Below are positions 26,410 through 36,220 of a stretch of DNA of 64,000 nt, piece after piece. Under the pieces are notes generated by a model, which made no database searches, had not been told where the DNA came from, and was given only the letters and a program-made list of their open reading frames with translations. Positions within the stretch are counted from its first letter, which is position 1, and each line of letters opens with the position of its first letter. This stretch comes from a virus (lineage: Duplodnaviria; Caudoviricetes). The translations under genes and the position numbers were made by a program. The stretch spans positions 1,253 through 65,252 of the IMG/VR virus record IMGVR_UViG_3300044691_000535. One strand, 5' to 3'.

Positions 26410-26841
26410 ATGAAACTCGCCATCCTGACTGCTGTTGTCCTTGCCGCTAGCGCTCTCAGTAGCTGTGGCCAATCCGACGCCAAGCCCAAAACCCATCACG
26501 ACGTCACCGCGCTCGCCGCCCAGGCCAAAGGCGAAGTCATCGTCATCGGCACGCTCGCCACACTGGGCTCGTTTGAATGGACAGCCAGTCCGTTGAAGAC
26601 GCACGCCGCCGCAGGCCTCAAACACATCCCCCAACTCCTGCATGACCACAAGCTCACCAAGGAACAAGCGCAGGCGAAGCTCGACCAGATCGACGCCGCG
26701 CACGACTTGATTGAGCAAGCGCTGAAGGTATGTAAGCAGAACGATCACACGGGCAAGTGCGCGGGCGATACCGTTAAAGCGCAGGCATTACTCGATCAGG
26801 CACGAAATGACTTGGCCATCGCCGACCAGGGGTTGAACTGA
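26410..26841 (+). CDS. Lipoprotein
   Basis: MKLAILTAVVLAASALSSC lipobox. Confidence 0.75.
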   Translation: MKLAILTAVVLAASALSSCGQSDAKPKTHHDVTALAAQAKGEVIVIGTLATLGSFEWTASPLKTHAAAGLKHIPQLLHDHKLTKEQAQAKLDQIDAAHDLIEQALKVCKQNDHTGKCAGDTVKAQALLDQARNDLAIADQGLN

Positions 26842-26842
26842 C

Positions 26843-27067
26843 ATGAGCAAAATCGCAGTCTCTGACGCCGCCGAGTACGCCAAGATGTTGGTGAACGGTA
26901 TAGCAGGCATCGCGGGAAGTGATCCGAACGCGGTGACTGAATCCATCGACCAACTGGCTGCCGCAACTCCAGCCGGCGCGAGCTTCGATCTCGATGCGAC
27001 GGCGGAAGCGGACTATCAGGCCGCCAAGAAAGCAGCCCAGGCCGCCATCGACGCCGCCGGCCAGTAA
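26843..27067 (+). CDS. Small Ala-rich helical protein
   Basis: 74-aa ORF in the operon. Confidence 0.7.
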   Translation: MSKIAVSDAAEYAKMLVNGIAGIAGSDPNAVTESIDQLAAATPAGASFDLDATAEADYQAAKKAAQAAIDAAGQ

Positions 27068-27122
27068 CCCCATGCCCCGGTCCGGATGCCTGACCCCCAT
27101 CCGGCGCATGTCGAGTTGACTC

Positions 27123-29618
27123 GTGACCGCTGCGATTCGACAAGTCTTCCTCTACGATCCCGGCAACGGCATCTCGTCCTCGTCGCCCAAGAGTTTCAGT
27201 GTGTCCGCATTGCCTCAGGGCAATGTGTTGGCCGGCTCCACGCTCATTGGAATGCCGACCTGCAGCAATTTTGTTGGCATCATTGTCTGGCAGGTCAACG
27301 ACTCTCAGAACGGCATCTACGCGCCGCTAGATGTGGAGCGAGATCCGGCCAATGTCAGTTTCGGCAGTTACTACCAGAAGAACTGCGCCGCGTTGTCCTC
27401 GACGGATACGGTCACACTTCATTTCGGCCCATCCAATGGAACCGATGGCACCGAAGATTTTTACGGGATGGTCTTCATCGAAGTCACGGGTGTCACCGCG
27501 ACTCCGCTGTTGGATCACAAAGGTAACCTTCAGACCGTAGCCTCAACCACCGCCGATGGCGTGACCAGCACTGCTCTGACCTGCGGGGCGGTCGCCGGCA
27601 TCCTCATTGCCGCGTCCTACCAGACCACGCAAAACGGCTCAACACCCTTTGAGCCCAATGCGGGTACGGGCTTTACCAGCGGCGGCACCGGCTTTGTATG
27701 GAGCCTTGCAGGTCCGGTGGTGAGAGTCGAATCGCTGCACTCGACGAACCTCGGCACACGCGCGGCGACCTTCACGCCCTCAAGTGCGACCTCTGACAAC
27801 TATGTAACGCTCGCGGTCGCGTTGCTAGAGACGACGACGGGCGCAGCTGCGTTAGCCGGGACGCCTGCCGTGGCCAGTGCCGCGACCGGTGCGCTGTCTA
27901 CAGGCATTGCTTTGAGCGGCACGCCCGCAGCCTCGGTCGCCGCCAGTGGAACGCTGCACGGCGTGAGTGCGGCCCTGGCTGGTGGCGCGGTGGCATCGAG
28001 TGCAGCCACCGCAGGGCTGAGCACGGCCATCCAAGCGGCCGGCAGCGCATCTGTTGGGGTCGCAGCCTCGAGCAGCTTTGCGGTGCGTGCCTATCGGCCC
28101 TCGCGTGTCGACGTCGCGATCTACAAGCCCAGCTACGACGGTCAGTACTGGGGACGGTATCCGAATGGGGATAAGCCGCAGATGGCGGGGGCGGTTTCGA
28201 TCGCCGCGGCCGTCAGTGGGGCGCTCAGTACGGGCATCAAGATGGCCGGTGGGGCTGCCGCAGCGGTAGCGGCGAGCGGCGCTTTGACGACGGGCGGGGG
28301 CGGCAGTCTGGGCGCCGTGTCCAACTTCCAACTCGTCAACCAGGGCGGCACGACCAACAGTGCAGGGACCGTCACGTCCCCCTTGATGCAGCAGACGATC
28401 GTGTGGACGGCCGCAACGGGTCCTGTCGATCACTACCAGATCATTCGGCGCACGAACTACGGGGCGGATGTGGACTATGCCACCGTCGCGTCCACACAGC
28501 TCTACTACACGGACACGGCGTGCACTAACTTCTTCAGCGCCGGCAACATCGATCAGGGCGCAGGTGCGGCAGCCACGGGTCCCACGACAGTCTATGACTA
28601 CGATGTGGTGGCCGTCGATGCCAGCGGTACCCGTGGGGCCAAGCCTGCGCAGTTCACCATGTGGGCTTATCGCGGTGGCATCTCGGGCACGGCAACCAGT
28701 GGCAGCACGACGACGATTGTCGATACGGGCAAGAGTTGGACGGTCGACCAGTGGGTCGGCTATCACGTCTTCGATAAGACGGCCGGTACCGATAGCATCG
28801 TCCTGACCAACACCTCGAACACGCTGACGATGGTGCCGGGATTCGCGTTCGTCGCCTCGACCTCGGGTCACGGCTACCAGATCGGCGGCGACTACTTCAG
28901 CGGCGTCGGAGACCTCTCCTTCGGCATCGTGGTGCCGAATGACTTTGCGAATGCCGGGGGGTCACCGATCGCCCCGCATGCGTTCTGTTTGAAGATGACC
29001 CACGATGCCACGGGTTCCGACAACGCAGCGTTGCAGCGACCGTCTGCCAGTCCCGCCAGTTTCATCTATGGGGCGGAGATTGGTGCGTTCAACTACACCC
29101 AATTCAATCAGCGGCCGAGCCTGACCAATCAAGCCGGCGGCTTTGCACTGCATCACCGCGGGCCCATTGGCGACCTGGCCGGGCCGCATACCTTCATCGA
29201 CTCGGTAGCGATCCTGGCGTATGGACCGACCCCGGTGGCCAACACCTGGGCTACCTACAAGATCCCTTTCTCGGCCATCCAATGCAGTTCCCCGTTGGGA
29301 GGAGTGACCAACTTCTCAGGGTCCATCACCGGCTCGACATTGACCGTCACCAGCATTGCCTCCGGTCCCGGCATCGACAACGGCTGTTGGATCACCGGCA
29401 CTGGCGTACCGACCGCCACCTACGTGAATCCATCGCCGTCGCAGACCGGGGTGGGCACCTACACGGTGGCCGGCGCCGGTATTCCGGTCACCGGCACGGT
29501 GAGCTTCACGAATGGACAGGCCTGGGCAACCAACTGGTACAAGGGCCAGTACTACGATCGCGCGAATGTGGCGGGGAATGTGACCTATCTGGATGACATC
29601 GGCCACACGAGAAGCTGA
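27123..29618 (+). CDS. Multidomain fibre/adhesin: beta-sandwich, Ala-rich repeats, FN3-like domain, CBM-like domain with inserts
   Basis: AxGALSTGI repeats; W.A..G.V.HYQI.R...Y.DT...YDY.V.AVDASG FN3 pattern; YGPTPVANTWATYKIP. Confidence 0.75.
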   Translation: MTAAIRQVFLYDPGNGISSSSPKSFSVSALPQGNVLAGSTLIGMPTCSNFVGIIVWQVNDSQNGIYAPLDVERDPANVSFGSYYQKNCAALSSTDTVTLHFGPSNGTDGTEDFYGMVFIEVTGVTATPLLDHKGNLQTVASTTADGVTSTALTCGAVAGILIAASYQTTQNGSTPFEPNAGTGFTSGGTGFVWSLAGPVVRVESLHSTNLGTRAATFTPSSATSDNYVTLAVALLETTTGAAALAGTPAVASAATGALSTGIALSGTPAASVAASGTLHGVSAALAGGAVASSAATAGLSTAIQAAGSASVGVAASSSFAVRAYRPSRVDVAIYKPSYDGQYWGRYPNGDKPQMAGAVSIAAAVSGALSTGIKMAGGAAAAVAASGALTTGGGGSLGAVSNFQLVNQGGTTNSAGTVTSPLMQQTIVWTAATGPVDHYQIIRRTNYGADVDYATVASTQLYYTDTACTNFFSAGNIDQGAGAAATGPTTVYDYDVVAVDASGTRGAKPAQFTMWAYRGGISGTATSGSTTTIVDTGKSWTVDQWVGYHVFDKTAGTDSIVLTNTSNTLTMVPGFAFVASTSGHGYQIGGDYFSGVGDLSFGIVVPNDFANAGGSPIAPHAFCLKMTHDATGSDNAALQRPSASPASFIYGAEIGAFNYTQFNQRPSLTNQAGGFALHHRGPIGDLAGPHTFIDSVAILAYGPTPVANTWATYKIPFSAIQCSSPLGGVTNFSGSITGSTLTVTSIASGPGIDNGCWITGTGVPTATYVNPSPSQTGVGTYTVAGAGIPVTGTVSFTNGQAWATNWYKGQYYDRANVAGNVTYLDDIGHTRS

Positions 29619-31111
29619 TGCCCACCCCCCCGTACTCTCCCGCGCGGATCGAGATCTCGATCCCGAAGGCAAGCTCCGACGGGCTATATTGGGGTCGCTA
29701 TCCGAACGGAGATCATCCAGGCGGTTTAGCAGGATCCGCAGGAGCGGGGATATCGGCGGGTGGCATTCTGACCACCGGCTCGCGGGTGTCGGGCGCAGCC
29801 TCAGTAGGTTCGGCGGCGAGTGGAATCCTGACAGGCGGCAGCCCTGGCTCAACCCTGAAGTTTCATCCGGGCTTCTATGGCTCGTTTGACTATTCCGGCA
29901 GTGTGAACGCCACGCGCTTCAATGGCAGCGATCACAGCGTCATCAATGCGACGGTCACCAACCCGTCCGTGGGGGTGGCCACCGATAACCTGATGGGCTT
30001 TGCATTCATCCTGCAGTGGCCCGCCATCGACACCGGAACCTCGGCGCCGAACTACGATTGGACCGTCGTCGACCTGTATGCGAATGCGATCAAGGCTAAG
30101 AACAAACAGTGGTGGCTGTGGATCAACTGGTCCGGCTTCGTCGCCAACAACTCCAATGCGAGTGTGACCACCGGGGCCAGCTGTGTGCCGCAGTGGCTGC
30201 TCAACAGCCAGGGCGCTTTCGCCACGCTGGGGAATTATCGGCGCTCGGATTTGAATCCGCCGAGTGCCCCGGGCGCGGGCGTGTTCGCGAAGCTCTATAA
30301 CGCGCCGGTGTTGAATGCCTACATCGCGTTCATGCAAGCGGCAGCCGCACGCTACGACAACGATCCGAATTTCGAAGGCTTCATCCACGGGATCGGGACC
30401 GCTAATCCGTCCTTCAACGGCGTGGATACGCTGGGTACCCATCAGGCGCAAATCAACTACAACTCGGATTACACCGATGCAGGCATGGTGGCGGCCTTCA
30501 AGTCGATCATGTCGCGTGGACGCGCGGCCTTTGCGAAGTCCAACATCTGGCTCACGACGGACTATCTGTTCAATGAGGCAGGTTCCAGCAGTTACAGCGG
30601 GCAGGATGTCAGTTGGACTGACGTCTGTAACACCGCCGTCGTCAACAAATGCATCCTGGGAGGCGTGGATAGTTGGACTAAAAACTGGATTTACCTGCAA
30701 ACGCCCTTCACCTCGACCGGTCAGAACGCCTATGCGACCGTCACCAACACGAATTTCCACCGCGGCGTGTATTCGGATCAGGTGATTCGCGGCTGGCGTA
30801 GTGCGACGCCGGGGGTAGGCTTAGGCTTTCGCGGCCGGATGCTGTTCGCCGGCTGCCAGGAACTGACCGAGATGGGGGGCTACATCGGCCAGTTCTCAGC
30901 GGCCGATATCTGGAGCTACCGCGGCGCCGCCCTCGATAACGTGCATTACATGTTCTATGACGTGGGCACCGCGCAATCGGGTAACTACGGCCTGAACAAG
31001 GCGCCCAACACGTTCTGGAATGCCGCCACGTCCTACGATGCGACGTACGGCCAAAGTGTCTATCGCTTCATCCAAGGGGCTGGGCGGACCAACACAGTGA
31101 ATCCATATTGA
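29618..31111 (+). CDS. Glycoside-hydrolase-like (TIM-barrel) protein with an N-terminal docking/Ala-repeat segment
   Basis: W..I......NYDW..VD, VPQWL, ..AAARYD.DPNFEG pattern typical of clan GH-A-like barrels. Confidence 0.65.
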   Translation: MPTPPYSPARIEISIPKASSDGLYWGRYPNGDHPGGLAGSAGAGISAGGILTTGSRVSGAASVGSAASGILTGGSPGSTLKFHPGFYGSFDYSGSVNATRFNGSDHSVINATVTNPSVGVATDNLMGFAFILQWPAIDTGTSAPNYDWTVVDLYANAIKAKNKQWWLWINWSGFVANNSNASVTTGASCVPQWLLNSQGAFATLGNYRRSDLNPPSAPGAGVFAKLYNAPVLNAYIAFMQAAAARYDNDPNFEGFIHGIGTANPSFNGVDTLGTHQAQINYNSDYTDAGMVAAFKSIMSRGRAAFAKSNIWLTTDYLFNEAGSSSYSGQDVSWTDVCNTAVVNKCILGGVDSWTKNWIYLQTPFTSTGQNAYATVTNTNFHRGVYSDQVIRGWRSATPGVGLGFRGRMLFAGCQELTEMGGYIGQFSAADIWSYRGAALDNVHYMFYDVGTAQSGNYGLNKAPNTFWNAATSYDATYGQSVYRFIQGAGRTNTVNPY

Positions 31112-31126
31112 GGAGGGCGTGAATTC

Positions 31127-33202
31127 GTGAGCATCACGCCGGTCCAAGTATCGACGCCCGGGTCCTTTAACGGCAGTCTCACGACGACCACGACGTTGAC
31201 TGGAGTCACGGCCGGCAACCACATCCTCGTGGCGGCGATGCATGGGGACACGGGGGGCACGGGCCCGAGCCTCTCAGCTTCGGATGCGCAGGGCGCCTAT
31301 GCGTCCGATGTGCTCGTGACGGAATTGGGTGTTGCGACAGCGCAGATTTTCAGACTGGCTGCGGCGACTGCGGGCACGCATACCATCAGCGTGGTGGCCA
31401 GCGGGGGATTGGCGGCCAACAGCGAAGGCGAGATTGTCGCATTTGAGGTGCCCCCGGTCGCGCTCGACCAAAGCAACACGGGTGGGGCCAGCTCCACCAC
31501 GCCGAGCGTAGCGGCCACGGCGGCGCTGGCTGCGAGCGGTGACCTTGCCATTGCCGCGCTCTTTCACGTGAATATGAGTAGCGGCGGGGGCACCTTCCCG
31601 CCCACGGGTGGCACGGGCACCTACACTGCCGCCGTTGCGCACACCAACCAGAGTGATGCGGACTATCAGACCCTGAGCAGCACCGCCGGGGTGGGCGCGA
31701 ACTGGGGCACGATGAGTGTCACCGGCAAGTGGGCCGCTGCGGTAGCGGCTTATAAGGCCGGCGTGAATCCGATTGCAGGCACGGCCACAGTCGCCACGAG
31801 CGCGGCCGGCAATCTGCAGGCACTCTCGGGCGCCCCCTCGGTGACGAGCTCGGCCAGCGCCGCCCTGACCACGGCCATCCGGGCCGCCGCCAATGCCACG
31901 GTGACCACCGGCGTCGTGGGAGCGCTGACCAATTGGGCCACCGTGACGCTCGCCGGGACGCTGTACACCGGCACCGGCGGCATCCTGGATCCGAATTTCT
32001 GGCTGGACGTGCTGCCGACCGACGGCTCGGTGCTGTTTTACGACGCCACCAACATCACGATCTACGCCAATGGCGAGATCAGTTCCACGAGCAACAACTG
32101 CTCGGCCGTGGTGCAGTTCTTCGACGGCACCGCCTGGTCGTACGGCCTGGTCATCCTCACGCCCAACATGGTCTCCTATGCCCATGTGCTGACCGCTGCG
32201 GCGGGGGCGCTCAGTACGGGCATCGCGATTGCGGGCGCGGCGCTCGTGGCCGCCCAGGCCGCAGGCGGGCTCTCCACGGCCATTCACCTGGCCTCCATTG
32301 CACTCGGGGTGACGAACGCCGGAGCAGCGCTCACCACGTCGATTCAGTTGAATGCGGCGGCGAATGCCAATACGGCGGCCACGGGGGCGCTCTCCGGCGG
32401 CGTCGCCTCTTTGCAGGGCTCCGCCGCGGCGCTGTCCACCGCCTTCGGTGCGCTCACGACGAAGATCCAGGACGCCGGCCAGGTCCTCATCAACTCGCAG
32501 GCCACCGGATCCCTGACCGCGCAGATCGTTTTCTCGGGGGCCGTGACGGCGCTTACGATGGCGAGCGGCCAGTTGACTGCGGCGATTCAGTTCGCCGGCA
32601 ACGCCAATATCGTGGTGACGGCGGCCGGGGCTGCATTGATTCAAAGCGCATTCGCAGGCGCGGCCAACGTCGCCTCCACGGCCATGGGCTCGTTGGTGAC
32701 CGGCCTCTTGATCGCCGGCCAAGCGCTGGTGAGTGTCACGGGAACGGGGGACCTGAGTACCGGCATCACCTTGGGCGGTGCGGCGGTGGTCGATACGGCC
32801 GCCTCGCTCAAACCGGTGGGCCTCGAAGGGCAGTTCGGCCGGGCCGACATCAACATATTCAGCAATACCGGACTACCGGTGGCGCTCGCAACCTTCCCCG
32901 CCAATTCGGCCTGCATTGTCAGCATCGCGTATTTCAACGCCCAAGGACTGCCGTTCGTGCCCAATCAGGTCAGCTACCGGGTGGATGATGTGGCGAGCGG
33001 GAGCAACCTCGTGCCGTTGACCGCGATCTCGCTCGTCGCGCTGTCCAATGCGATCACGATCGCGGCCGCGCAGAATTCGATGGTCAACAACACGCGATCA
33101 TCCGAGTTGCACCAGATTGTGTTTGAGATCATGGATGGGCTGGGTAATGAGAGTCTGGCCTCTGAGGTGTATGGGTTGATTCGGTTGGCGGGGATGAATT
33201 AG
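31127..33202 (+). CDS. Fibre-like protein with long Ala/Gly/Thr repeat stalk and C-terminal Ig-like domain
   Basis: Many ~19-aa repeats (AxGALT/STxI); N-terminal domain resembles that of 27123. Confidence 0.75.
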   Translation: MSITPVQVSTPGSFNGSLTTTTTLTGVTAGNHILVAAMHGDTGGTGPSLSASDAQGAYASDVLVTELGVATAQIFRLAAATAGTHTISVVASGGLAANSEGEIVAFEVPPVALDQSNTGGASSTTPSVAATAALAASGDLAIAALFHVNMSSGGGTFPPTGGTGTYTAAVAHTNQSDADYQTLSSTAGVGANWGTMSVTGKWAAAVAAYKAGVNPIAGTATVATSAAGNLQALSGAPSVTSSASAALTTAIRAAANATVTTGVVGALTNWATVTLAGTLYTGTGGILDPNFWLDVLPTDGSVLFYDATNITIYANGEISSTSNNCSAVVQFFDGTAWSYGLVILTPNMVSYAHVLTAAAGALSTGIAIAGAALVAAQAAGGLSTAIHLASIALGVTNAGAALTTSIQLNAAANANTAATGALSGGVASLQGSAAALSTAFGALTTKIQDAGQVLINSQATGSLTAQIVFSGAVTALTMASGQLTAAIQFAGNANIVVTAAGAALIQSAFAGAANVASTAMGSLVTGLLIAGQALVSVTGTGDLSTGITLGGAAVVDTAASLKPVGLEGQFGRADINIFSNTGLPVALATFPANSACIVSIAYFNAQGLPFVPNQVSYRVDDVASGSNLVPLTAISLVALSNAITIAAAQNSMVNNTRSSELHQIVFEIMDGLGNESLASEVYGLIRLAGMN

Positions 33203-33204
33203 CC

Positions 33205-34728
33205 GTGGCGAGCGAAGTTGGAATCAGCGGCTCGAAGCTCAGTACGCCGCTGCTCGAAATTTTGATGGCGGATGAGATTCAGCCGGGCTCGGAAGTTTCA
33301 TACCAGTTAGCAAAAACGATCTATACACATCATCCGCTGGGCCAAAAAATGGCCGAAGCACCGATCACGGTGGCGCAGAGCCAGGATCGCAAGATTACGG
33401 TGCAGAATGCGCCCGAAGAGGTGCCGAAGGACTATCTGTCGGAGTGGGAGCGAATCGGCGCCAACGACTACATCAAGAATACGGGCGCGTTGTCGCGTGT
33501 GTACGGCATCGCTTCCATCGTGTTGGGCTGCACAGGAAAGTCATCCGAACTGCCACTCGACATGGATAAGATTTGGGACCTGCCGATTTTCTTCAACGTG
33601 TTGGACCCTCTGAACACAGCGGGCTCGATGGTGCTGAATCAGATACCGAATTCGTCAGATTTCCAAAAGCCCATCCGGGTGACGACCAACGGGGAGACCT
33701 ATCACGGTTCGCGCTTCCGGGTGCTAATGAACGAGGCGCCGGTGTACATCGAGTACACGTCCTCGGGATTCGGCTACGTGGGGCGCTCGGTGTATCAGCG
33801 CGCGTTGTATCCGCTGAAGTCGTTCATTGGAACGATGATCGCGGATGACATGATCTCGACGAAGCTGGGGCTGCTCATCGCCAAGATGAAGTCACCTGGC
33901 TCAATCGTCGACGGCATTATGTTGAGGGTCGCCGGCATCAAACGCTTCTTCCTGAAGCAAGGTCACACCGGCAACGTCATGGCGATCGGTCACGACGAGG
34001 CGATCGAGACGCTGAACATGCAGAATGTGGAGGGCGCCGGCGGTTTTGCGCGCACCAACATCCTGAAGAACATCGCCACCGCTGCCGACATGCCGGCGAA
34101 GCTCCTTGAAAACGAGACTATGGTGTCCGGGTTCGGTGAAGGCACCGAGGATGCGAAGAACAACGCGCGCTACATCGACGGGATTCGAAAGAAGTTGGGG
34201 CCGCTATATCAGTGGTTTGACAACATCGTGCAGTACCGCGCGTGGAACCCTGAGTTTTACAAGCGCATGCAGGCGAACTACCCGGAACAGTACGGGAATC
34301 GCGAGTACTTGGATGTGTTCAGCGAGTGGCGGCGCAATTTCTCGGCTGAGTGGCCTTCGCTGTTGATAGAACCCGAAAGTGAGCTTTCCAAGGTCGACGC
34401 GGTCAAGTTTGAGATGTTGATTGCCACCGTGCAGACCGCGTTGCCCGTTCTCGATCCGGTCAACAAGGCCATTGCGATTCAGTGGCTGGCCGACAGTGTG
34501 AGCCAGAATAAGCGTCTGTTCCCGCTCGGCCTGGACTTGGATGGCGACGAGTTAAAAGCGTTTCTCATCGAGGAAAAAGACCGCTCGAATGAGCAGCAGG
34601 ACGCCGCCCTTGAGCCTGATGCCGTGGCCAGCAAGATGGGCAAGTTTGATTCGGCGCGGCCTGTCCTGAGCAATCTGCGGCGGGCTGTGGGGCAGCTGCC
34701 AGCCAGAATTACAGGTGCACGAGCATGA
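33205..34728 (+). CDS. Portal protein (DUF1073-like)
   Basis: SRVYG, GFGYVGRSVYQRAL, NIATAADMPA..L......GF.EGTED; precedes the head morphogenesis gene. Confidence 0.85.
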   Translation: MASEVGISGSKLSTPLLEILMADEIQPGSEVSYQLAKTIYTHHPLGQKMAEAPITVAQSQDRKITVQNAPEEVPKDYLSEWERIGANDYIKNTGALSRVYGIASIVLGCTGKSSELPLDMDKIWDLPIFFNVLDPLNTAGSMVLNQIPNSSDFQKPIRVTTNGETYHGSRFRVLMNEAPVYIEYTSSGFGYVGRSVYQRALYPLKSFIGTMIADDMISTKLGLLIAKMKSPGSIVDGIMLRVAGIKRFFLKQGHTGNVMAIGHDEAIETLNMQNVEGAGGFARTNILKNIATAADMPAKLLENETMVSGFGEGTEDAKNNARYIDGIRKKLGPLYQWFDNIVQYRAWNPEFYKRMQANYPEQYGNREYLDVFSEWRRNFSAEWPSLLIEPESELSKVDAVKFEMLIATVQTALPVLDPVNKAIAIQWLADSVSQNKRLFPLGLDLDGDELKAFLIEEKDRSNEQQDAALEPDAVASKMGKFDSARPVLSNLRRAVGQLPARITGARA

Positions 34729-35123
34729 CGCAGAGAGTTGGCATTCATCACGTACCCGCTGGCAAAGCCCAGGCATGCGAGTGGCCGGCATACGATGTCA
34801 TCAGGATCGAAGTGCCAGAAGTGCCCGTGCTCGGACAGATGCGGTTTGAGGCTGACCAACTTCCAACTGATCTGGCTGCTTTCAATAAAGAGATGCAGCG
34901 CGAGATTTCAAAGGCCGTTGCGTGTGGTTACGACCACGGAGTGATGGCCTGTAGGGCTGATCCGAACACGCCATTTATCGACAAGGGATACGAGCGCATT
35001 TTTCAAATAATGCACTCGGACGACCCTGCCAAGCACACGGAGCACGTCGAGCGCAGTACAAAATCTTGGCGCGAAGAAACCCACGAGAGCATCGAATGGG
35101 TTGAGTTCCCCGACCGGGGGTAG
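34725..35123 (+). CDS. Hypothetical protein
   Basis: ATGA-coupled to the portal gene. Confidence 0.6.
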   Translation: MTQRVGIHHVPAGKAQACEWPAYDVIRIEVPEVPVLGQMRFEADQLPTDLAAFNKEMQREISKAVACGYDHGVMACRADPNTPFIDKGYERIFQIMHSDDPAKHTEHVERSTKSWREETHESIEWVEFPDRG

Positions 35124-35129
35124 GTCCTC

Positions 35130-35978
35130 ATGCCTCCGCCGCCACCCCGTAGCCAGTTCTATCAGGTTGTTTCGGAGGCCATCAACGACCTGATCGAGCA
35201 CGGCTTCGACTCGCAGGAGCGCCTCGATGAGTGGCTACGCCGTCTTGAGATGGCAGCGCATGCGCTACTGGTGCCGCGCTCGGTGCTGGAAAACGCCCTG
35301 CGCGACGGCCTGCAGCGGGTGTTTGCCCGCACGACCACCACCGCAAACCTGCTGAAAGTCCACCAGGGCATCAGCCAGTACACGTTGGAGATGATCAAGC
35401 CGAAGCTGCGGGCGGAGTTGGATCGGCGGATTCTGGCGAGCGCGAGCTTGATCAAGTTGAATCGCGAAGCCTCGGTTCAGCGGACCTTGCAACGCTTTGC
35501 CGGCTGGGCCACGTCGATCCCCATTGGCGGCACTGACGTGGCTCAACGGCAGGAAGTCAAAGAGACCGTGCGACGGGGGATTGCGGCGCTGCCGTTTGAA
35601 GAACGGCGAGTTGTGATCGACCAGGGGCACAAGCTTTCGGCCGCAATCAACGAGATCGTTTCCCGCGATGGCGGCGCGATTGCGGGTCGCTGGCGGCATG
35701 TGATGGAAGGCGGCGGATATCAGGCACGGCCTGAGCATGTTGCGCGCAACAACCATATCTACGTGCTGCGCGACAACTGGGCCATGCAACAGGGCCTGAT
35801 GAAGTTGGCGGGGCGTCAGTACTACGACGAGATCACGGCAGCGGGCCAAGAAGTTTACTGCCGTTGCACGGTCGTATGGATGCACGCGCTCAGAGATTTG
35901 CCGCCCGAAATGCTTACCACCAAAGGCCGCGACGAACTGGCGCGGGTGCGAGAACAGATTGCGAGGATGAAAGCGTGA
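35130..35978 (+). CDS. Head morphogenesis protein (MuF/SPP1 gp7-like)
   Basis: DQGHKL, WRH, RPEH..RN, GQEVYCRC motif. Confidence 0.85.
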   Translation: MPPPPPRSQFYQVVSEAINDLIEHGFDSQERLDEWLRRLEMAAHALLVPRSVLENALRDGLQRVFARTTTTANLLKVHQGISQYTLEMIKPKLRAELDRRILASASLIKLNREASVQRTLQRFAGWATSIPIGGTDVAQRQEVKETVRRGIAALPFEERRVVIDQGHKLSAAINEIVSRDGGAIAGRWRHVMEGGGYQARPEHVARNNHIYVLRDNWAMQQGLMKLAGRQYYDEITAAGQEVYCRCTVVWMHALRDLPPEMLTTKGRDELARVREQIARMKA

Positions 35979-36220
35979 AAAAGTCTGTTGCGGTTCGCCT
36001 CGATGTATCGCTTTACGTTCTGATCGCGGAACTCGCACAAAAGGAGATGCGCACGGTCCCCAATTTCATCGATCAACTGTTGCGCGTCTCGCTGGCAGAT
36101 CCATCGGAAAGGCAAGCACTCTTCGAGAAAATGAATCCCGCATACACGGCCGCATTGCCGGCCATCCGCAAAGAGCGCGACAGACTCGCCAGTCTCATGC
36201 AGGAGCAGCCGAAATGCTGA
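35975..36220 (+). CDS. Ribbon-helix-helix-like DNA-binding protein
   Basis: KSVAVRLD..LY..IAELAQKEMRTV.NFI..LL. Confidence 0.65.
   Translation: MKKSVAVRLDVSLYVLIAELAQKEMRTVPNFIDQLLRVSLADPSERQALFEKMNPAYTAALPAIRKERDRLASLMQEQPKC

Noticed and set aside
31274-32988. Long antisense and alternate-frame ORFs over the Ala-repeat genes
   Set aside because: Expected by-products of GC-rich Ala/Gly/Thr codon usage
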